From Dehalococcoidia bacterium (GTDB taxonomy: Bacteria; Chloroflexota; Dehalococcoidia; UBA2979), in NCBI GenBank assembly GCA_965262725.1, contig OZ253555.1:992001-1056000 (forward strand): 64,000 nt of DNA. Direction: 5' to 3'. The notes under the pieces were generated by a model. The model was not told the origin of the DNA. It worked only from the letters and a program-made list of their open reading frames with translations, and ran no database searches. Numbering within the stretch: position 1 is the first letter of the stretch; each line of letters begins with the position of its first letter. Of this stretch, positions 29,111-39,160 are shown one piece after another. The position numbers and the translations under genes are program-made.

Positions 29111-29242
29111 GCCGATCGACTTATGGGCACCGATGACTGCCTCCTGATCTCGCTTCTTCCGGTTGTGCCGGACCGGGGCGCGCGCTTGGGCGGCGGGGTC
29201 TGATAGCCTCGCGTCGTTGCCCGAGCATTCGGGGGAGGGGAG

Positions 29243-30106
29243 ATGGCGAGGATGCCGCTGTACGGGGTCGATCTGGACAACATGGAGGCTGCACTCTTCG
29301 AGCGGCGTGGTCAGGTGGCGATCGTCACGCTCAACCGACCGGAGTCCGCGAACGCGCTGAATACGATGATGCATCGCGATGTCGGCGCCTGTTGGAACGA
29401 GATCAACGAGAACGATGACATCAAGGCCGCCGTTGTCACCGGCGCCGGACGCTTTTTCTGCGCCGGGCGCGATCTCAACGAGTACGTCGGCCAGTACGGG
29501 AGCGGCGACACCTCGGCGCTGCGTCCCATAGACGACCCGGACCACGAGATGTTCGGACGGCTCTGCAACCACTGGATTATCCGAAAGCCGCTGGTGGGCG
29601 CGCTCAACGGCCCGGCCGTCGGCGGGGGTCTTGAGATGGTGTCGATGGTCGACATGGTGGTGATGGCGGACGACACGTACATCCTTGATGCGCACGCGAA
29701 GGTGAACGTCGGATCGGGCGACGTGATGTACCATTATCTTCCACCGATGATCGCTCGTGCCTTCACGATGACGGACCGGCGCCTGAGCGCTGAGGAGTGC
29801 CTGCGCTGGGGCTTCGCGAGCGACGTCGTGCCGCGGGGTCGCGTACTCGATCGGGCGATCGAGATAGCGGAGGCGACGACCCGGATGGGGCCGGACGCGA
29901 TCGCCAAGCTGAAACAGCGCTCGATCGAACTGCAACTCCGGAGCGGCAACGTGCACCCGCCGGAAGAGCTGGAGGAGAGGCGGAGGACCCGCCGAGAATT
30001 GATCCGGCAGACGGCGAGCGACCACGATCGCATGGAGGGGATGCGGGCCTTCGTGGAGGGCCGCTCGGCCGAGTACGAGCGCCCGGCACGCCCGGACGTC
30101 CCGTAG
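29243..30106 (+). CDS. Crotonase-superfamily protein
   Basis: NRPESANAL, FCAGRDL, GGGLE; DAH in place of the second PE. Confidence 0.87.
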   Translation: MARMPLYGVDLDNMEAALFERRGQVAIVTLNRPESANALNTMMHRDVGACWNEINENDDIKAAVVTGAGRFFCAGRDLNEYVGQYGSGDTSALRPIDDPDHEMFGRLCNHWIIRKPLVGALNGPAVGGGLEMVSMVDMVVMADDTYILDAHAKVNVGSGDVMYHYLPPMIARAFTMTDRRLSAEECLRWGFASDVVPRGRVLDRAIEIAEATTRMGPDAIAKLKQRSIELQLRSGNVHPPEELEERRRTRRELIRQTASDHDRMEGMRAFVEGRSAEYERPARPDVP

Positions 30107-30145
30107 CGCCACCGCCGAGGCGCGAGCAGCGGCAGGGGGCGCGCG

Positions 30146-31246
30146 ATGACCGAGCCGTGGATCGCCGAGTGGGACGAAGCGATCGCCGCCATGGGACGCG
30201 ACTTCTCCGGCGGCCAGCGGCACGTCGCGGCCGACGACGTCGAGCGCGGCGCCATCCGGCGCTACTGCGAGCCCCTGGAGTTCGATTGCCCGCTCCACCA
30301 TGACGAGGCGGTCGCACTGGCCGCCGGCTACCGGGGGATCGTCGCGCCCGTAAGCGGCATCTCATCGCGCTGGTCGCGGGGAGCACTGTGGGGGCCGGGC
30401 ATGCCGACTCGCTACCCCTCCGCCGACCGCGACGCCGACATGATTCGCACCGCCGAGGCGCGCATGACCCGCCTGCCGGTGCCGCGCATGCCGCGGACCT
30501 TCGCGACCAATGTCGAGATCGAGTACGGCGATCCCGTCTGCGTGGGGGACCGCCTGGCCAGCAGTGGGCTGCGTCTGGTCAGCGTGGTGCCGAAGGAGAC
30601 GCGGGTCGGTCGAGGCGCGTTCGTGACGACGGAGGGCGCGATCCGCAACCAGCGCGGCGAACTGGTTGCGACCGTGCGCCATGGGGGCTTCCAGTACAGG
30701 CCGCGCCCCTTCGAGGAGCAGCAGGAGAGTGCCGCGGCCGTCGCCGGTGCGGACGGCACGGGGAGGGAGACCCCCGGGGCCGATGCGGCGCGGGCACCCT
30801 CGGTCGACTGGTCGGAGCAGCGCTTTTTCGAGGATGTCGCCGTCGGTGACGCGGTGCCGGCGGTCAGCCTCAACCTCAGCGTCACGCGCCTGGTCGTCGA
30901 GGCGGGAGCGAATCTCGACTTCAGCCAGGTGCACCATCACGAGGGCGTCGCGCGGATGTCGGGCGCCCCGGACGTCTACGCGAACAACATCTTCATCCAG
31001 GGTTGGTGGGAGCGGGCCGTTCGTGAGTTCATCGGCGTCCGCGGCCGGTTCAAGCGTACGGGACCGCTGCGAATGCGTATCTTTAGCACGGTCGGGGATA
31101 CCGTGACGACGAGTGGCGTGGTCACCCGGGCTTGGCGAGAGTCGGGTGAGGGCCTGCTCGAGCTGGAGATGCGTACGGAGATGTCCCGCGGAGTCTCGGT
31201 GGGGCCGGGGCCGGTTATCGTTTCGCTCCCGCTCCGTGGCTCCTGA
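30146..31246 (+). CDS. Double hot-dog (MaoC-like) dehydratase, paralog of 7908-8993
   Basis: Shared CEPLEFDCPLH, PGMPTRYPS, GANLDFS.VHH, FIQGWWERAVRE, SRGVSVGPGPV. Confidence 0.82.
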   Translation: MTEPWIAEWDEAIAAMGRDFSGGQRHVAADDVERGAIRRYCEPLEFDCPLHHDEAVALAAGYRGIVAPVSGISSRWSRGALWGPGMPTRYPSADRDADMIRTAEARMTRLPVPRMPRTFATNVEIEYGDPVCVGDRLASSGLRLVSVVPKETRVGRGAFVTTEGAIRNQRGELVATVRHGGFQYRPRPFEEQQESAAAVAGADGTGRETPGADAARAPSVDWSEQRFFEDVAVGDAVPAVSLNLSVTRLVVEAGANLDFSQVHHHEGVARMSGAPDVYANNIFIQGWWERAVREFIGVRGRFKRTGPLRMRIFSTVGDTVTTSGVVTRAWRESGEGLLELEMRTEMSRGVSVGPGPVIVSLPLRGS

Positions 31247-31359
31247 CCCCGGAGGCCTGCGGGACGATTCGCGGGCACCGGGAGGTAGCGGGGGAGAGTT
31301 CAACACCGGCGCAGCGGCCGCCCATGTGCCGTCGCCCGTGCGGATGCGAGGGGGTCGCG

Positions 31360-32232
31360 ATGTTCTTTGTCATCATTCGGCAGTACGAGAGAGGCGTGAA
31401 GTTCCGCCTCGGTCGCTACGTGGGGACGAAGGCCCCAGGCCTCGCGTTCCTGATCCCGATCGTCGACCGCATCCAGAAGGTCGACATGCGCGAGGTGGTG
31501 ATCGACGAGCCGCCGCAGACCGCCATCAGCAAGGACAACGCGCTGGTGGACGTCGACTTCGTGGTCTTCCTGCAGGTCTCCGACGCCGAGGCGGCGGTGA
31601 TCAACATCCGGAGCTACGAGTCCGCGGTGCGCAACCTGGCGACCACGACGCTGCGCGCCGTGATCGGTGAGATGGACGTGGAGGAGGTCCTCTCCAAGCG
31701 CGATTCCATCAACCAGCGTCTGCAGGTGAAGATCTCACAGGAAACGGTCCGCTGGGGCGTCGAGGTGAAGGCCGTCGAGATCCGGGAGGTGCGACCCCAG
31801 CGCGACATCCAGGAGGCGATGACCCGCCTTCTGACGGCCGACCGGACGAAGCGCTCCGACATCACAGAATCCGAGGGCCAGCGGCAGTCGGCGATCAACG
31901 TCGCCGAGGGGCGGAAGCAGGCCTCGATCCTTGAGGCGGAGGGCGACCGCGAGAGCTCGATCCTGCGCGCGGAGGGCGAGCGACAGGCGGCGATCCTGCA
32001 GGCCGAGGGCTTCTCCATCGGCCTCGATCGGATCTTCGAGACCGCGCGTCGCGTCGATTCCAACACCATGGGTCTCCAGTACCTCGAGATGATGAAGAGC
32101 CTCGGGGAGGGCGCGTCGACGAAGTGGATCATCCCGATGGATCTCGCCTCGGCCGCCACCACGCTGAGCGGCACGCTCGCCGGCCTTGCCGCTTCAGGTC
32201 GCGGCGACGGCGCGGACGGGCCGGATGCATGA
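31360..32232 (+). CDS. SPFH/band 7 (stomatin-like) protein
   Basis: QYERGVKFRLG, VDMRE, TTLRAVIG, WGVEV..VEI, AEG repeats. Confidence 0.92.
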   Translation: MFFVIIRQYERGVKFRLGRYVGTKAPGLAFLIPIVDRIQKVDMREVVIDEPPQTAISKDNALVDVDFVVFLQVSDAEAAVINIRSYESAVRNLATTTLRAVIGEMDVEEVLSKRDSINQRLQVKISQETVRWGVEVKAVEIREVRPQRDIQEAMTRLLTADRTKRSDITESEGQRQSAINVAEGRKQASILEAEGDRESSILRAEGERQAAILQAEGFSIGLDRIFETARRVDSNTMGLQYLEMMKSLGEGASTKWIIPMDLASAATTLSGTLAGLAASGRGDGADGPDA

Positions 32233-32239
32233 GGAGACG

Positions 32240-33394
32240 CTAGAGACGCGCTCCACGCGGAGGCTCTGAGCGCTCGGTTCCCGACATGTAGTTGCGGGTG
32301 ATTGCGACGATACCCACGGCGGCGATGATCGCCGTCGCGACCACTCCGAGCCCGACGACGGCGAGCAGGCGGCGCAGATCGATCTCCGTTGAACCCTGGC
32401 CGACGAAGATGCTCAGCGCGATGACGACGGCGATTGCTCCGCCGGAGCCGAGGATCCCCCCGCTCGCGACGAACGCCTCGAGCGTGAGCAGCGCGATGCC
32501 GAGAACAAGCAACGCGACGGCGGCCTCGGTGGGCAGCAGGGATCCGATGCCGAGCAGCGAGGCGATGGTCGCCGTAATGCCGACGACGGCCGGCAGGAAC
32601 AGCCCTGGATTCAGCATCTCGACTACGAGGCCCGACACGCCGACCGCGATGAGTATCGAGAGCACGATCGGGTCGCCGAGAATCTCGAGGGCCCGCTCGT
32701 AGACGTTGCGGTCGTTGAAGTGGAGCGGGGCCTCCCCGACCTCGATCGTCCGCTCGTCGCCCGAGAGCAGGCGGACGCTCCGTCCCTCGGCGGTTGCGAG
32801 CAACTCGAGAAGTGAGGATGCCTCGAAGTCGACGATGTTCTCCGCAGCCGCCTCCGAGGGGGTCGCGGAGACGGCCGCGCGCACAGCCGCCTCTGCCCAG
32901 TCCGCGTTGCGTCCGCGTAGCTCCGCGACGCCGCGTGCGAAGGCGACCGTGTCGTTTTCCACCTTGCGGCCGAGCGCTCCCTCGACATCCTCGCCCGTCG
33001 CCGTTACCGGCGTAGCGGCTCCGATCGATGTGCTGGGCGCCATTGCGGCGATGTGGCCGGCCATCACGACGAAGGTGCCGGCGGAGGCCGCCCGCCCGCC
33101 CGGTGGCGTGACGAAGGTCAGCACCGGTACCGTGGCTTGCTCGATTCGACCCACGATCGCCCGCATCGATTCGATGTCGCCGCCGGGCGTGTTGACGCGG
33201 ATGACGACGGCGGCGGCCTCCTCGGCCTCGGCGCGATCGATCCCGCGGTCGATGTAGCGCACAAGCACGTGGCTGACCGAGGTGTCGGCCGTCAGGACGT
33301 GGACCGCGGCCGGGGGCGCCGACGTGGCGCACGCCGTGGCGACGCCTGCCAGCGCTGCACAGGCGAGCACGAGGAGCCCCGATCGGAGCGTCAT
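32240..33394 (-). CDS. nfeD: NfeD-family membrane serine protease (ClpP class)
   Basis: Lipoprotein-like N-terminus, NTPGG, AASAG, MAPSTSIGAATP, K.END, then TM helices; no obvious C-terminal OB domain. Confidence 0.82.
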   Translation of the reverse strand: MTLRSGLLVLACAALAGVATACATSAPPAAVHVLTADTSVSHVLVRYIDRGIDRAEAEEAAAVVIRVNTPGGDIESMRAIVGRIEQATVPVLTFVTPPGGRAASAGTFVVMAGHIAAMAPSTSIGAATPVTATGEDVEGALGRKVENDTVAFARGVAELRGRNADWAEAAVRAAVSATPSEAAAENIVDFEASSLLELLATAEGRSVRLLSGDERTIEVGEAPLHFNDRNVYERALEILGDPIVLSILIAVGVSGLVVEMLNPGLFLPAVVGITATIASLLGIGSLLPTEAAVALLVLGIALLTLEAFVASGGILGSGGAIAVVIALSIFVGQGSTEIDLRRLLAVVGLGVVATAIIAAVGIVAITRNYMSGTERSEPPRGARL

Positions 33395-33504
33395 GTCCCG
33401 TATGGTAGCCGCCCCGCCGGGCGGCCTGCCGTGGGGATGCCGGTCACGGGCGACGGCTCCGCGCGCATGCTCGTGCACGAGGACCCGGACGGAAGAGCAC
33501 GATC

Positions 33505-33741
33505 ATGGCGACACTGAAGCGGGCGCTGGCGGTTCTGCTGGTCGCGACCGCAGTGGCCGCCGCCGTCAATCTCATCCTTACGCCGCTGTACCACGACGGC
33601 TCCTCCACCTACGCCGTGTGGGAGGCGATCAACTGGTTCATGGCGGCTTCGACAGTGGTCGTACTGGCCGTGAACTACCTGCGCTCGCGCGGTCTCGGAG
33701 GCCGCGACGCCGACACGCTCGACCACGTGCGGGTGACCTAG
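33505..33741 (+). CDS. Small hypothetical membrane protein (possibly truncated)
   Basis: 78 aa with two hydrophobic helices and host-like codon usage. Confidence 0.55.
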   Translation: MATLKRALAVLLVATAVAAAVNLILTPLYHDGSSTYAVWEAINWFMAASTVVVLAVNYLRSRGLGGRDADTLDHVRVT

Positions 33742-33931
33742 CATGGTCGTGTGTTCCGTGTCCACCCGATCGACGTGGGCATCCGGCTCGGGCCGCGTCG
33801 GTTGCGGGCTTCGAGATCAGCACCTCCGCCGGATGCAGGGAAGGCAACTCCCCGATCGCCCGTCCACGGCATGCGCCTGTCGCGCCCTCCGGTCGTCGGG
33901 GACGTGGATGGCGGCGATCTGGGCGTCGCGC

Positions 33932-35494
33932 CTAGAAGGCGAGCGGTCGGATCACGTATCGCGCGTGTGACCAGAGGAAGCAGTGCAGGGGGAGGTACTC
34001 CGGCGTGAGGAACCACGGGTGCAGCCCCTCGCGGTACGCCACGACGTAGGTGTGCCCGGCAAGAGGTACGCATGCCGCATCCGCGACCAGTTCGCGCTGC
34101 AGCGCCTCGTAGAGCGCGGGTTGTTCTGCCGACGCCGCATGCCGGATCGCTCGCAGCCGCGCGCTGACTCTCGGGGTCGGGAAGAGCCGTCCTGGCATGT
34201 CGTGGGGCGGTGCGAAATCGATACCGAGGTCGTATTGCCGATCGGCGATCCCGTGCGAGCAGTCCCCCCGCAGATAGAGGTCAGGCGTCTCCCCGTCACC
34301 GAGGTCCGAGATGTGCCGCACGCGCACGCGGAGCCCGATCGCGCCGAGCGCCTCGGCGACGATCGCGCCAATGCGTCGGGACTCGCCGGAGGCGATGTCG
34401 CCAGGGTCGTCGCTACCGGGGATCCCGAACGTCACCTCCGCGCCGACGGCGCCGGCCTCATCAAGCAACCTCGAGGCGCGTCCCGCGTCCTGCTCATGGT
34501 CCCAGCCGGCCTCGGTGAAGGCCGGCGTGTTCGGCTGGTAGATCCCCCGCTGCCGCTCCGCGTATCCGCCGTAGGCCTCGCGCACGATGCGATCGTACGG
34601 GACGGCACGCAGGACCGCCTCGCGGGCGCGGCGATCGTCGAAGGGGGGGCGGCTGCGGTCCATCTCGATCGTGGCGTGGTTGGTCCGCGAGAGCAGCAGA
34701 CGGACGTCGCCCGCTGCACGCAGCCGCTCTGCCTCGTCGGGGTAGAGCCCCGCCACGACGTTCGCCTCACCTCCCTCGAAGAGAGCGATCGCCTCGGCGC
34801 GGCTGGGGGCGGTGAGGTAGCTGACGCTGTCGACGGGGGGCGCGCCCGCCCAGAAGTCGGGCCGAGGTACGAGCTCGAGACGTTCGCCGTCGCGGTGGGT
34901 CATCGTGAAGCCGCCGAAGCCGCACGAGTTGTCGGCGAGATGAGCCGCGGCCCACGGATCGTCCTCGGTCGCGTGCCGCTGGGCCTCGGCTGCGTCGACG
35001 ATCGCAGCCGTCGCATAGCAGAGGAAGCGGGGGAGGTGCGGGTTGTGGCCGTCGATGCGGAACTCGACGCGCCGGCGGTCCAGCGCCCGCACGCCCCCCT
35101 CGCGCGCGACCCCGGCGATGGTGGAGGCTCGCCACATCCCGACGGCGCGGAACGCGAAGACGCGCTGGTAGCTCCAGACGACATCCTCGGCGGTGAGTTC
35201 GTGCCCGGCGTGACTGCGGACACCCTGACGGAGCGTCACGATCCAGCGAGAGTCCCCGTCGCGCGTCTCGAACGACTCGGCGAGGCGGCCCTGGATGCGC
35301 GAGAAGTCGGCGAACCGGCGGCCATCCGGGAGCGTCGCGGCGGTGGGTGCGGCGAGCGCGTCGAACACGTGGTGGGCGAGGTGGTACGGCTTCGCGAGAC
35401 CCTTCTGCGTGTAGCCCCACGGTGGGTCGCAGTCGAGCGCTGCCTCGGTCGTCCAGACCGGCATGACTAGGCGCGCCCCATCGACCACCGTCAC
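33932..35494 (-). CDS. Family 5 solute-binding protein-like, no signal peptide (paralog of 16212-17735)
   Basis: GHELTAEDV.WS, HATEDDPWA, GFGGF, PPFDDRRAR; GTG start with GGAGG. Confidence 0.8.
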   Translation of the reverse strand: MTVVDGARLVMPVWTTEAALDCDPPWGYTQKGLAKPYHLAHHVFDALAAPTAATLPDGRRFADFSRIQGRLAESFETRDGDSRWIVTLRQGVRSHAGHELTAEDVVWSYQRVFAFRAVGMWRASTIAGVAREGGVRALDRRRVEFRIDGHNPHLPRFLCYATAAIVDAAEAQRHATEDDPWAAAHLADNSCGFGGFTMTHRDGERLELVPRPDFWAGAPPVDSVSYLTAPSRAEAIALFEGGEANVVAGLYPDEAERLRAAGDVRLLLSRTNHATIEMDRSRPPFDDRRAREAVLRAVPYDRIVREAYGGYAERQRGIYQPNTPAFTEAGWDHEQDAGRASRLLDEAGAVGAEVTFGIPGSDDPGDIASGESRRIGAIVAEALGAIGLRVRVRHISDLGDGETPDLYLRGDCSHGIADRQYDLGIDFAPPHDMPGRLFPTPRVSARLRAIRHAASAEQPALYEALQRELVADAACVPLAGHTYVVAYREGLHPWFLTPEYLPLHCFLWSHARYVIRPLAF

Positions 35495-35544
35495 GCCTCC
35501 GTTTGCCCACCGTCCCCGCGGCCGCCCGCGGCGAACGGCGCTCC

Positions 35545-36858
35545 TCAGGCGATGCGTCGCACGCGCGGCACGAGCACGAGCACACCGACCGCGAAGACTA
35601 TCAGCGCTGCCGAGAGCGCGCCGAGCGCGATCTGAATGCCCACGGCCTCCGCGACCAGGCCTACGAACAGTGTCCCCCCCGACATCATTCCCCACTGGGT
35701 CATCCAAATCGACATCACCCGGCCGCGGTAGCGGTCCTCGACGTAGCTCTGCAGAAGCACGTTGCCCAGCGTCTGACGGCCGGCGGTGCCGATTCCGACG
35801 AGAACCATGATCGACGCCGCAACGGCCAACGTATCCGAGGCGGAGAAGGCGAGCAGCGAGGCGCCCAGGAAGATGGCGGAGAGCAGGTAGAGAAGCCCGC
35901 GGCGGCGCTCCGGGAGCGATGCGATCACCAGCGAGCCGAGCAGCGAGCCGGCGCCGGAGATGCCCATCAGGATCCCGAGTTCGCCGGCGTCGCCGTCGAG
36001 CACGTCCGAGACGAAGCCGGGCAGCATCATCAGGTAGGGCATCGCGAGGATCGCGGTGACGAAGCTGACGCTGACCAGCGCGAACATGACCGGATCGCGC
36101 ATCACGTAACGTAGGCCGTCGGCCAGATCCGATCCGCCGGAGTTGCGGAGACCTCGGGGCCGTGGCGAGTGGTCGGCGGCGGGCCGGGCCGGTACGGGGA
36201 TCAGGCCGACGATGGCGATCAGGTAGAGAGCTGCCATGAGCACGTAGGACCAACCCGCCCCGAAGCTCGCGACGACGAAGCCGCCGACGGCCGGTGCGAG
36301 CAGGCGCATCAGGTTCATGCCCGATGCGTTGAGCGCGACGGCGTTCATCAACCGATGGGGCAAGACGACCTCCGGGATCATCGCCTGTCGCGACGGCATC
36401 ATGAGAGCCATCACCGTGCCCTGGACGATCGACGCCACCAGCAGGTGTTCGAACCGCAGGACGTCGGTGAACAGCAGGGCCGCCACGGCGAGCGCGAGAA
36501 GCACGTTCGCGCTCTGGCCCAGCTGCAGCACGAGCTTGCGCGGCGCACGATCTGCGATCACGCCCCCGATGAGGGAGAGCGTGACCATCGGAATTGCGCT
36601 CACGAGCCCGATCACTCCGAGTGCCGCGAACGATCCGGTGAGCTCGAAGGCCAGATAGCCCCGCACGAGCATCTGCATGTTCATTGCCGCCATCTGCCCG
36701 AGCATGGCGATGAAGAACCAGCGGAAGTCGCGCTGGCGCAACGAATCGAACGTGCGCGGCGAGAAGCGCGGCCGCTGCGCGCGTGGAGGGCTCCCGCCCG
36801 CGGCGCGTGACGCTGCCGGCGGCCGACCGGTTGCAGGCGAGCCAAGACTCGATGCCAC
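35545..36858 (-). CDS. MFS transporter
   Basis: RDFRWFF, GGVIADR, PSRQAMIPE, YRGRVMS; about 12 TM segments. Confidence 0.9.
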   Translation of the reverse strand: MASSLGSPATGRPPAASRAAGGSPPRAQRPRFSPRTFDSLRQRDFRWFFIAMLGQMAAMNMQMLVRGYLAFELTGSFAALGVIGLVSAIPMVTLSLIGGVIADRAPRKLVLQLGQSANVLLALAVAALLFTDVLRFEHLLVASIVQGTVMALMMPSRQAMIPEVVLPHRLMNAVALNASGMNLMRLLAPAVGGFVVASFGAGWSYVLMAALYLIAIVGLIPVPARPAADHSPRPRGLRNSGGSDLADGLRYVMRDPVMFALVSVSFVTAILAMPYLMMLPGFVSDVLDGDAGELGILMGISGAGSLLGSLVIASLPERRRGLLYLLSAIFLGASLLAFSASDTLAVAASIMVLVGIGTAGRQTLGNVLLQSYVEDRYRGRVMSIWMTQWGMMSGGTLFVGLVAEAVGIQIALGALSAALIVFAVGVLVLVPRVRRIA

Positions 36859-36885
36859 TGGCTTACCGTCGCTCCCCGCTCCCTA

Positions 36886-36899
36886 TGACGTTAACGTCA
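36886..36899. promoter_or_regulatory. Perfect 14-bp palindrome TGACGTTAACGTCA, candidate operator (LiuR/MerR-like)
   Basis: Perfect inverted repeat in the divergent intergenic region, 28 bp upstream of the MFS start. Confidence 0.5.
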
Positions 36900-37194
36900 G
36901 AGTCGCCGAATCGGGGAAACATCGCAACCGACGTGCTGCGGGAGAGCGTCCTGGGCGGCCGTGGCCGCGTGATTCGGAGGGCGTCGCATCAGGCGATTTG
37001 CTTACGCCCGGGGCGCGGGAACATGCGAGGCTGCGTGGTGTAAGGTAGGTTCGTTGCCGCGTGCGGCGAGACCGGCGAGAGTGCCGTACAGTCGACGGTG
37101 GGCATGGTAGTTGGGCAACCGCCCGGTGAAGGCGGGTCGGCCCCCGGCGGTTGTAGGGGGTCGGTGGCTCAGACACCGGAGGAGAAGGGTGGCA

Positions 37195-37533
37195 ATGGAA
37201 ATCTCTTCGGAGGTAAAGGGGCGCGCTCTCATTGCGAACATTGGCGAGCGCATCGATGGCAGCAATGCTCTCGACTTTCAGAATGCCCTGACGGAATTGA
37301 TTAGCGACAACGAGCGCGACGTGATCCTGGATTTCGAGAACCTGAAGTACATCAGCAGTGCGGGACTGCGGGTCATCCTGATGACGGCGAAGGCCGTGCA
37401 GCGTCAGAACGCGCAGTTGATGGTTTGCTCGCTCTCCGAGTCCGTGCGGGAGGTATTCAAGATCAGCGGCTTTGACAGGATAATCCCCGTCGAGGACTCG
37501 CAGGAAGACGCGATCGCCGCAACCAACTCCTGA
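37195..37533 (+). CDS. STAS-domain anti-anti-sigma factor
   Basis: LDFENLKYISSAGLRV (phospho-Ser motif), VFKISGF. Confidence 0.92.
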   Translation: MEISSEVKGRALIANIGERIDGSNALDFQNALTELISDNERDVILDFENLKYISSAGLRVILMTAKAVQRQNAQLMVCSLSESVREVFKISGFDRIIPVEDSQEDAIAATNS

Positions 37534-37574
37534 TCACCCCGGCCAGCCTGCGGTCATAGCGAGCGTCGAGGACT

Positions 37575-38747
37575 GTGGTACAGAAGAGCCTGCATCCGTT
37601 CAGGATTCTTGTCGTCGATGACGAGCCCGATCTTGAGCCCCTCATGCTGCAGCGCATGCGTCGGAGCATCCGCCAGGGTGAGTATTCGTTTGCCTTCGCC
37701 CACAACGGGGTAGAGGCGCTCGACGTTCTGGGCAAGGATCCGAGCATCGACATGGTGCTGTCGGACATCAACATGCCCCAGATGGACGGTCTTACGCTGC
37801 TCGATCAGATCCCCCGCGTGTCTCCCGACATTCGCTGCGTCATCGTCTCGGCTTACGGTGACATGAAGAACATTCGCGTCGCCATGAACCGTGGCGCTTT
37901 CGATTTCGTCACGAAACCCATCGACTTTGAGGACCTCAAGCTCACCATCGACCGTACGATGAGGCACCTCGAGGAGTGGCGGGCGGCGCTGGCGTCCCGC
38001 GACAAGCTGGTGTCACTCCAGAATGAGCTCGATGTCGCTAGCAAGATGCAGAGGTCCATTCTTCCGATGGAGTTCCCGAGAAGCTCCGAGTACGAGCTCT
38101 CGGCTCGCATGCAGGCGGCCCGCAACGTGGGCGGTGACTTTTACGACGTCATGAATCTCGACAAGGACCGCATCGGCCTCGCCATAGCGGACGTGTCGGA
38201 TAAGGGCGTCCCGGCCGCTCTCTTCATGATGTCCTGTCGCACATTGCTGAAGGGCTCCGCCATTGGCCGCGGGGCTCCGGGTGTGGTGCTGAACGAGGTC
38301 AACGACCTGCTTCAGGAGAGCAACGATGCCGCGATGTTCGTCACGGCGCTGTACGCTGTCTATGATCCGTCCACTGGAGTCTTGACCTATGCCAACGGGG
38401 GGCACAACACACCGCTGGTAGTTCATCCCGACGGGACGTCCGACGCGCTGCCGCTCACCGACGGTATCGCCCTTGCCGTCGTACCGGGATATGAGTACAA
38501 ACAGACCTCGATCACACTGTCTCCCGGAGACGCGATCGTCCTCTATACTGACGGTGTGACGGAAGCGATGAACGAGCGCGACGAGGAGTTCGGGATGGAG
38601 CGTCTGGTGGAGCTCTTCGCGACTACTCCGCCGACCGATACGGAAGAGGCCATCGATGCGGTCTTCCAGGCAGTAAACGACTTCGCGGGCGAGGCACCGC
38701 AATCCGACGATATCACCTGCCTGATCTTCCGCAGGAGCGAGAGCTAA
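37575..38747 (+). CDS. Receiver domain + PP2C/SpoIIE phosphatase (RsbU/RsbP-like)
   Basis: ILVVDDE, SDINMP, VGGDFYD, ADVSDKG, LYTDGVTE, QSDDIT. Confidence 0.93.
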   Translation: MVQKSLHPFRILVVDDEPDLEPLMLQRMRRSIRQGEYSFAFAHNGVEALDVLGKDPSIDMVLSDINMPQMDGLTLLDQIPRVSPDIRCVIVSAYGDMKNIRVAMNRGAFDFVTKPIDFEDLKLTIDRTMRHLEEWRAALASRDKLVSLQNELDVASKMQRSILPMEFPRSSEYELSARMQAARNVGGDFYDVMNLDKDRIGLAIADVSDKGVPAALFMMSCRTLLKGSAIGRGAPGVVLNEVNDLLQESNDAAMFVTALYAVYDPSTGVLTYANGGHNTPLVVHPDGTSDALPLTDGIALAVVPGYEYKQTSITLSPGDAIVLYTDGVTEAMNERDEEFGMERLVELFATTPPTDTEEAIDAVFQAVNDFAGEAPQSDDITCLIFRRSES

Positions 38748-38749
38748 GG

Positions 38750-39160
38750 GTGAGCGAGCAACTGTCGCTTAGTTTTGCGCCGAAGGTTGAGGAGCTGCAA
38801 CGTCTCCTGTCGGCCGTCGAGGATTTGGCCCAGCGAGAGAATTGGCCGGAGGGCCTGATCTTCCGTGCGACGCTCGTGCTCGAAGAGCTTGCGCTGAATA
38901 TCGTGAATCACGCGCACAGCGAGATGTTCGACGTGACGCTGGCATCTGATGCCGACGCCGTGACGATCGAGATCGTGGACAGCGGGAGTCCCTTCAATCC
39001 CCTGACAGATGCGCCGCCGCCGGACTTGGTCTCATCCGTCGGTGAGCGCAAGGTCGGTGGCCTCGGCGTCCACTTCGTCAAGACGATGATGGACGAGGTG
39101 TCCTATCACAGGAAGGGCGACCGAAACCACCTCACGATGGTGGCCCATCGGGACGAATGA
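38750..39160 (+). CDS. Anti-sigma factor Ser kinase (RsbW-like HATPase)
   Basis: EELALNIVNH, DSGSPFNP, GGLGVHFV, MDEVSY. Confidence 0.9.
   Translation: MSEQLSLSFAPKVEELQRLLSAVEDLAQRENWPEGLIFRATLVLEELALNIVNHAHSEMFDVTLASDADAVTIEIVDSGSPFNPLTDAPPPDLVSSVGERKVGGLGVHFVKTMMDEVSYHRKGDRNHLTMVAHRDE

Noticed and set aside
33738-33935. CTAG-bounded segment as a second MITE
   Set aside because: No terminal inverted repeats; both CTAGs are simply stop codons of convergent genes.
202-36810. Many long overlapping ORFs (e.g. 7824-10310, 8060-10381, 20223-22700, 31614-33332)
   Set aside because: Arg/Pro/Gly-rich shadow frames of real genes in high-GC DNA; no motifs.
36930-37150. Glycine- or c-di-GMP-riboswitch-like words upstream of the STAS gene
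   Set aside because: Only partial words (gcgggagag, gggcaac); the remaining conserved elements are missing.
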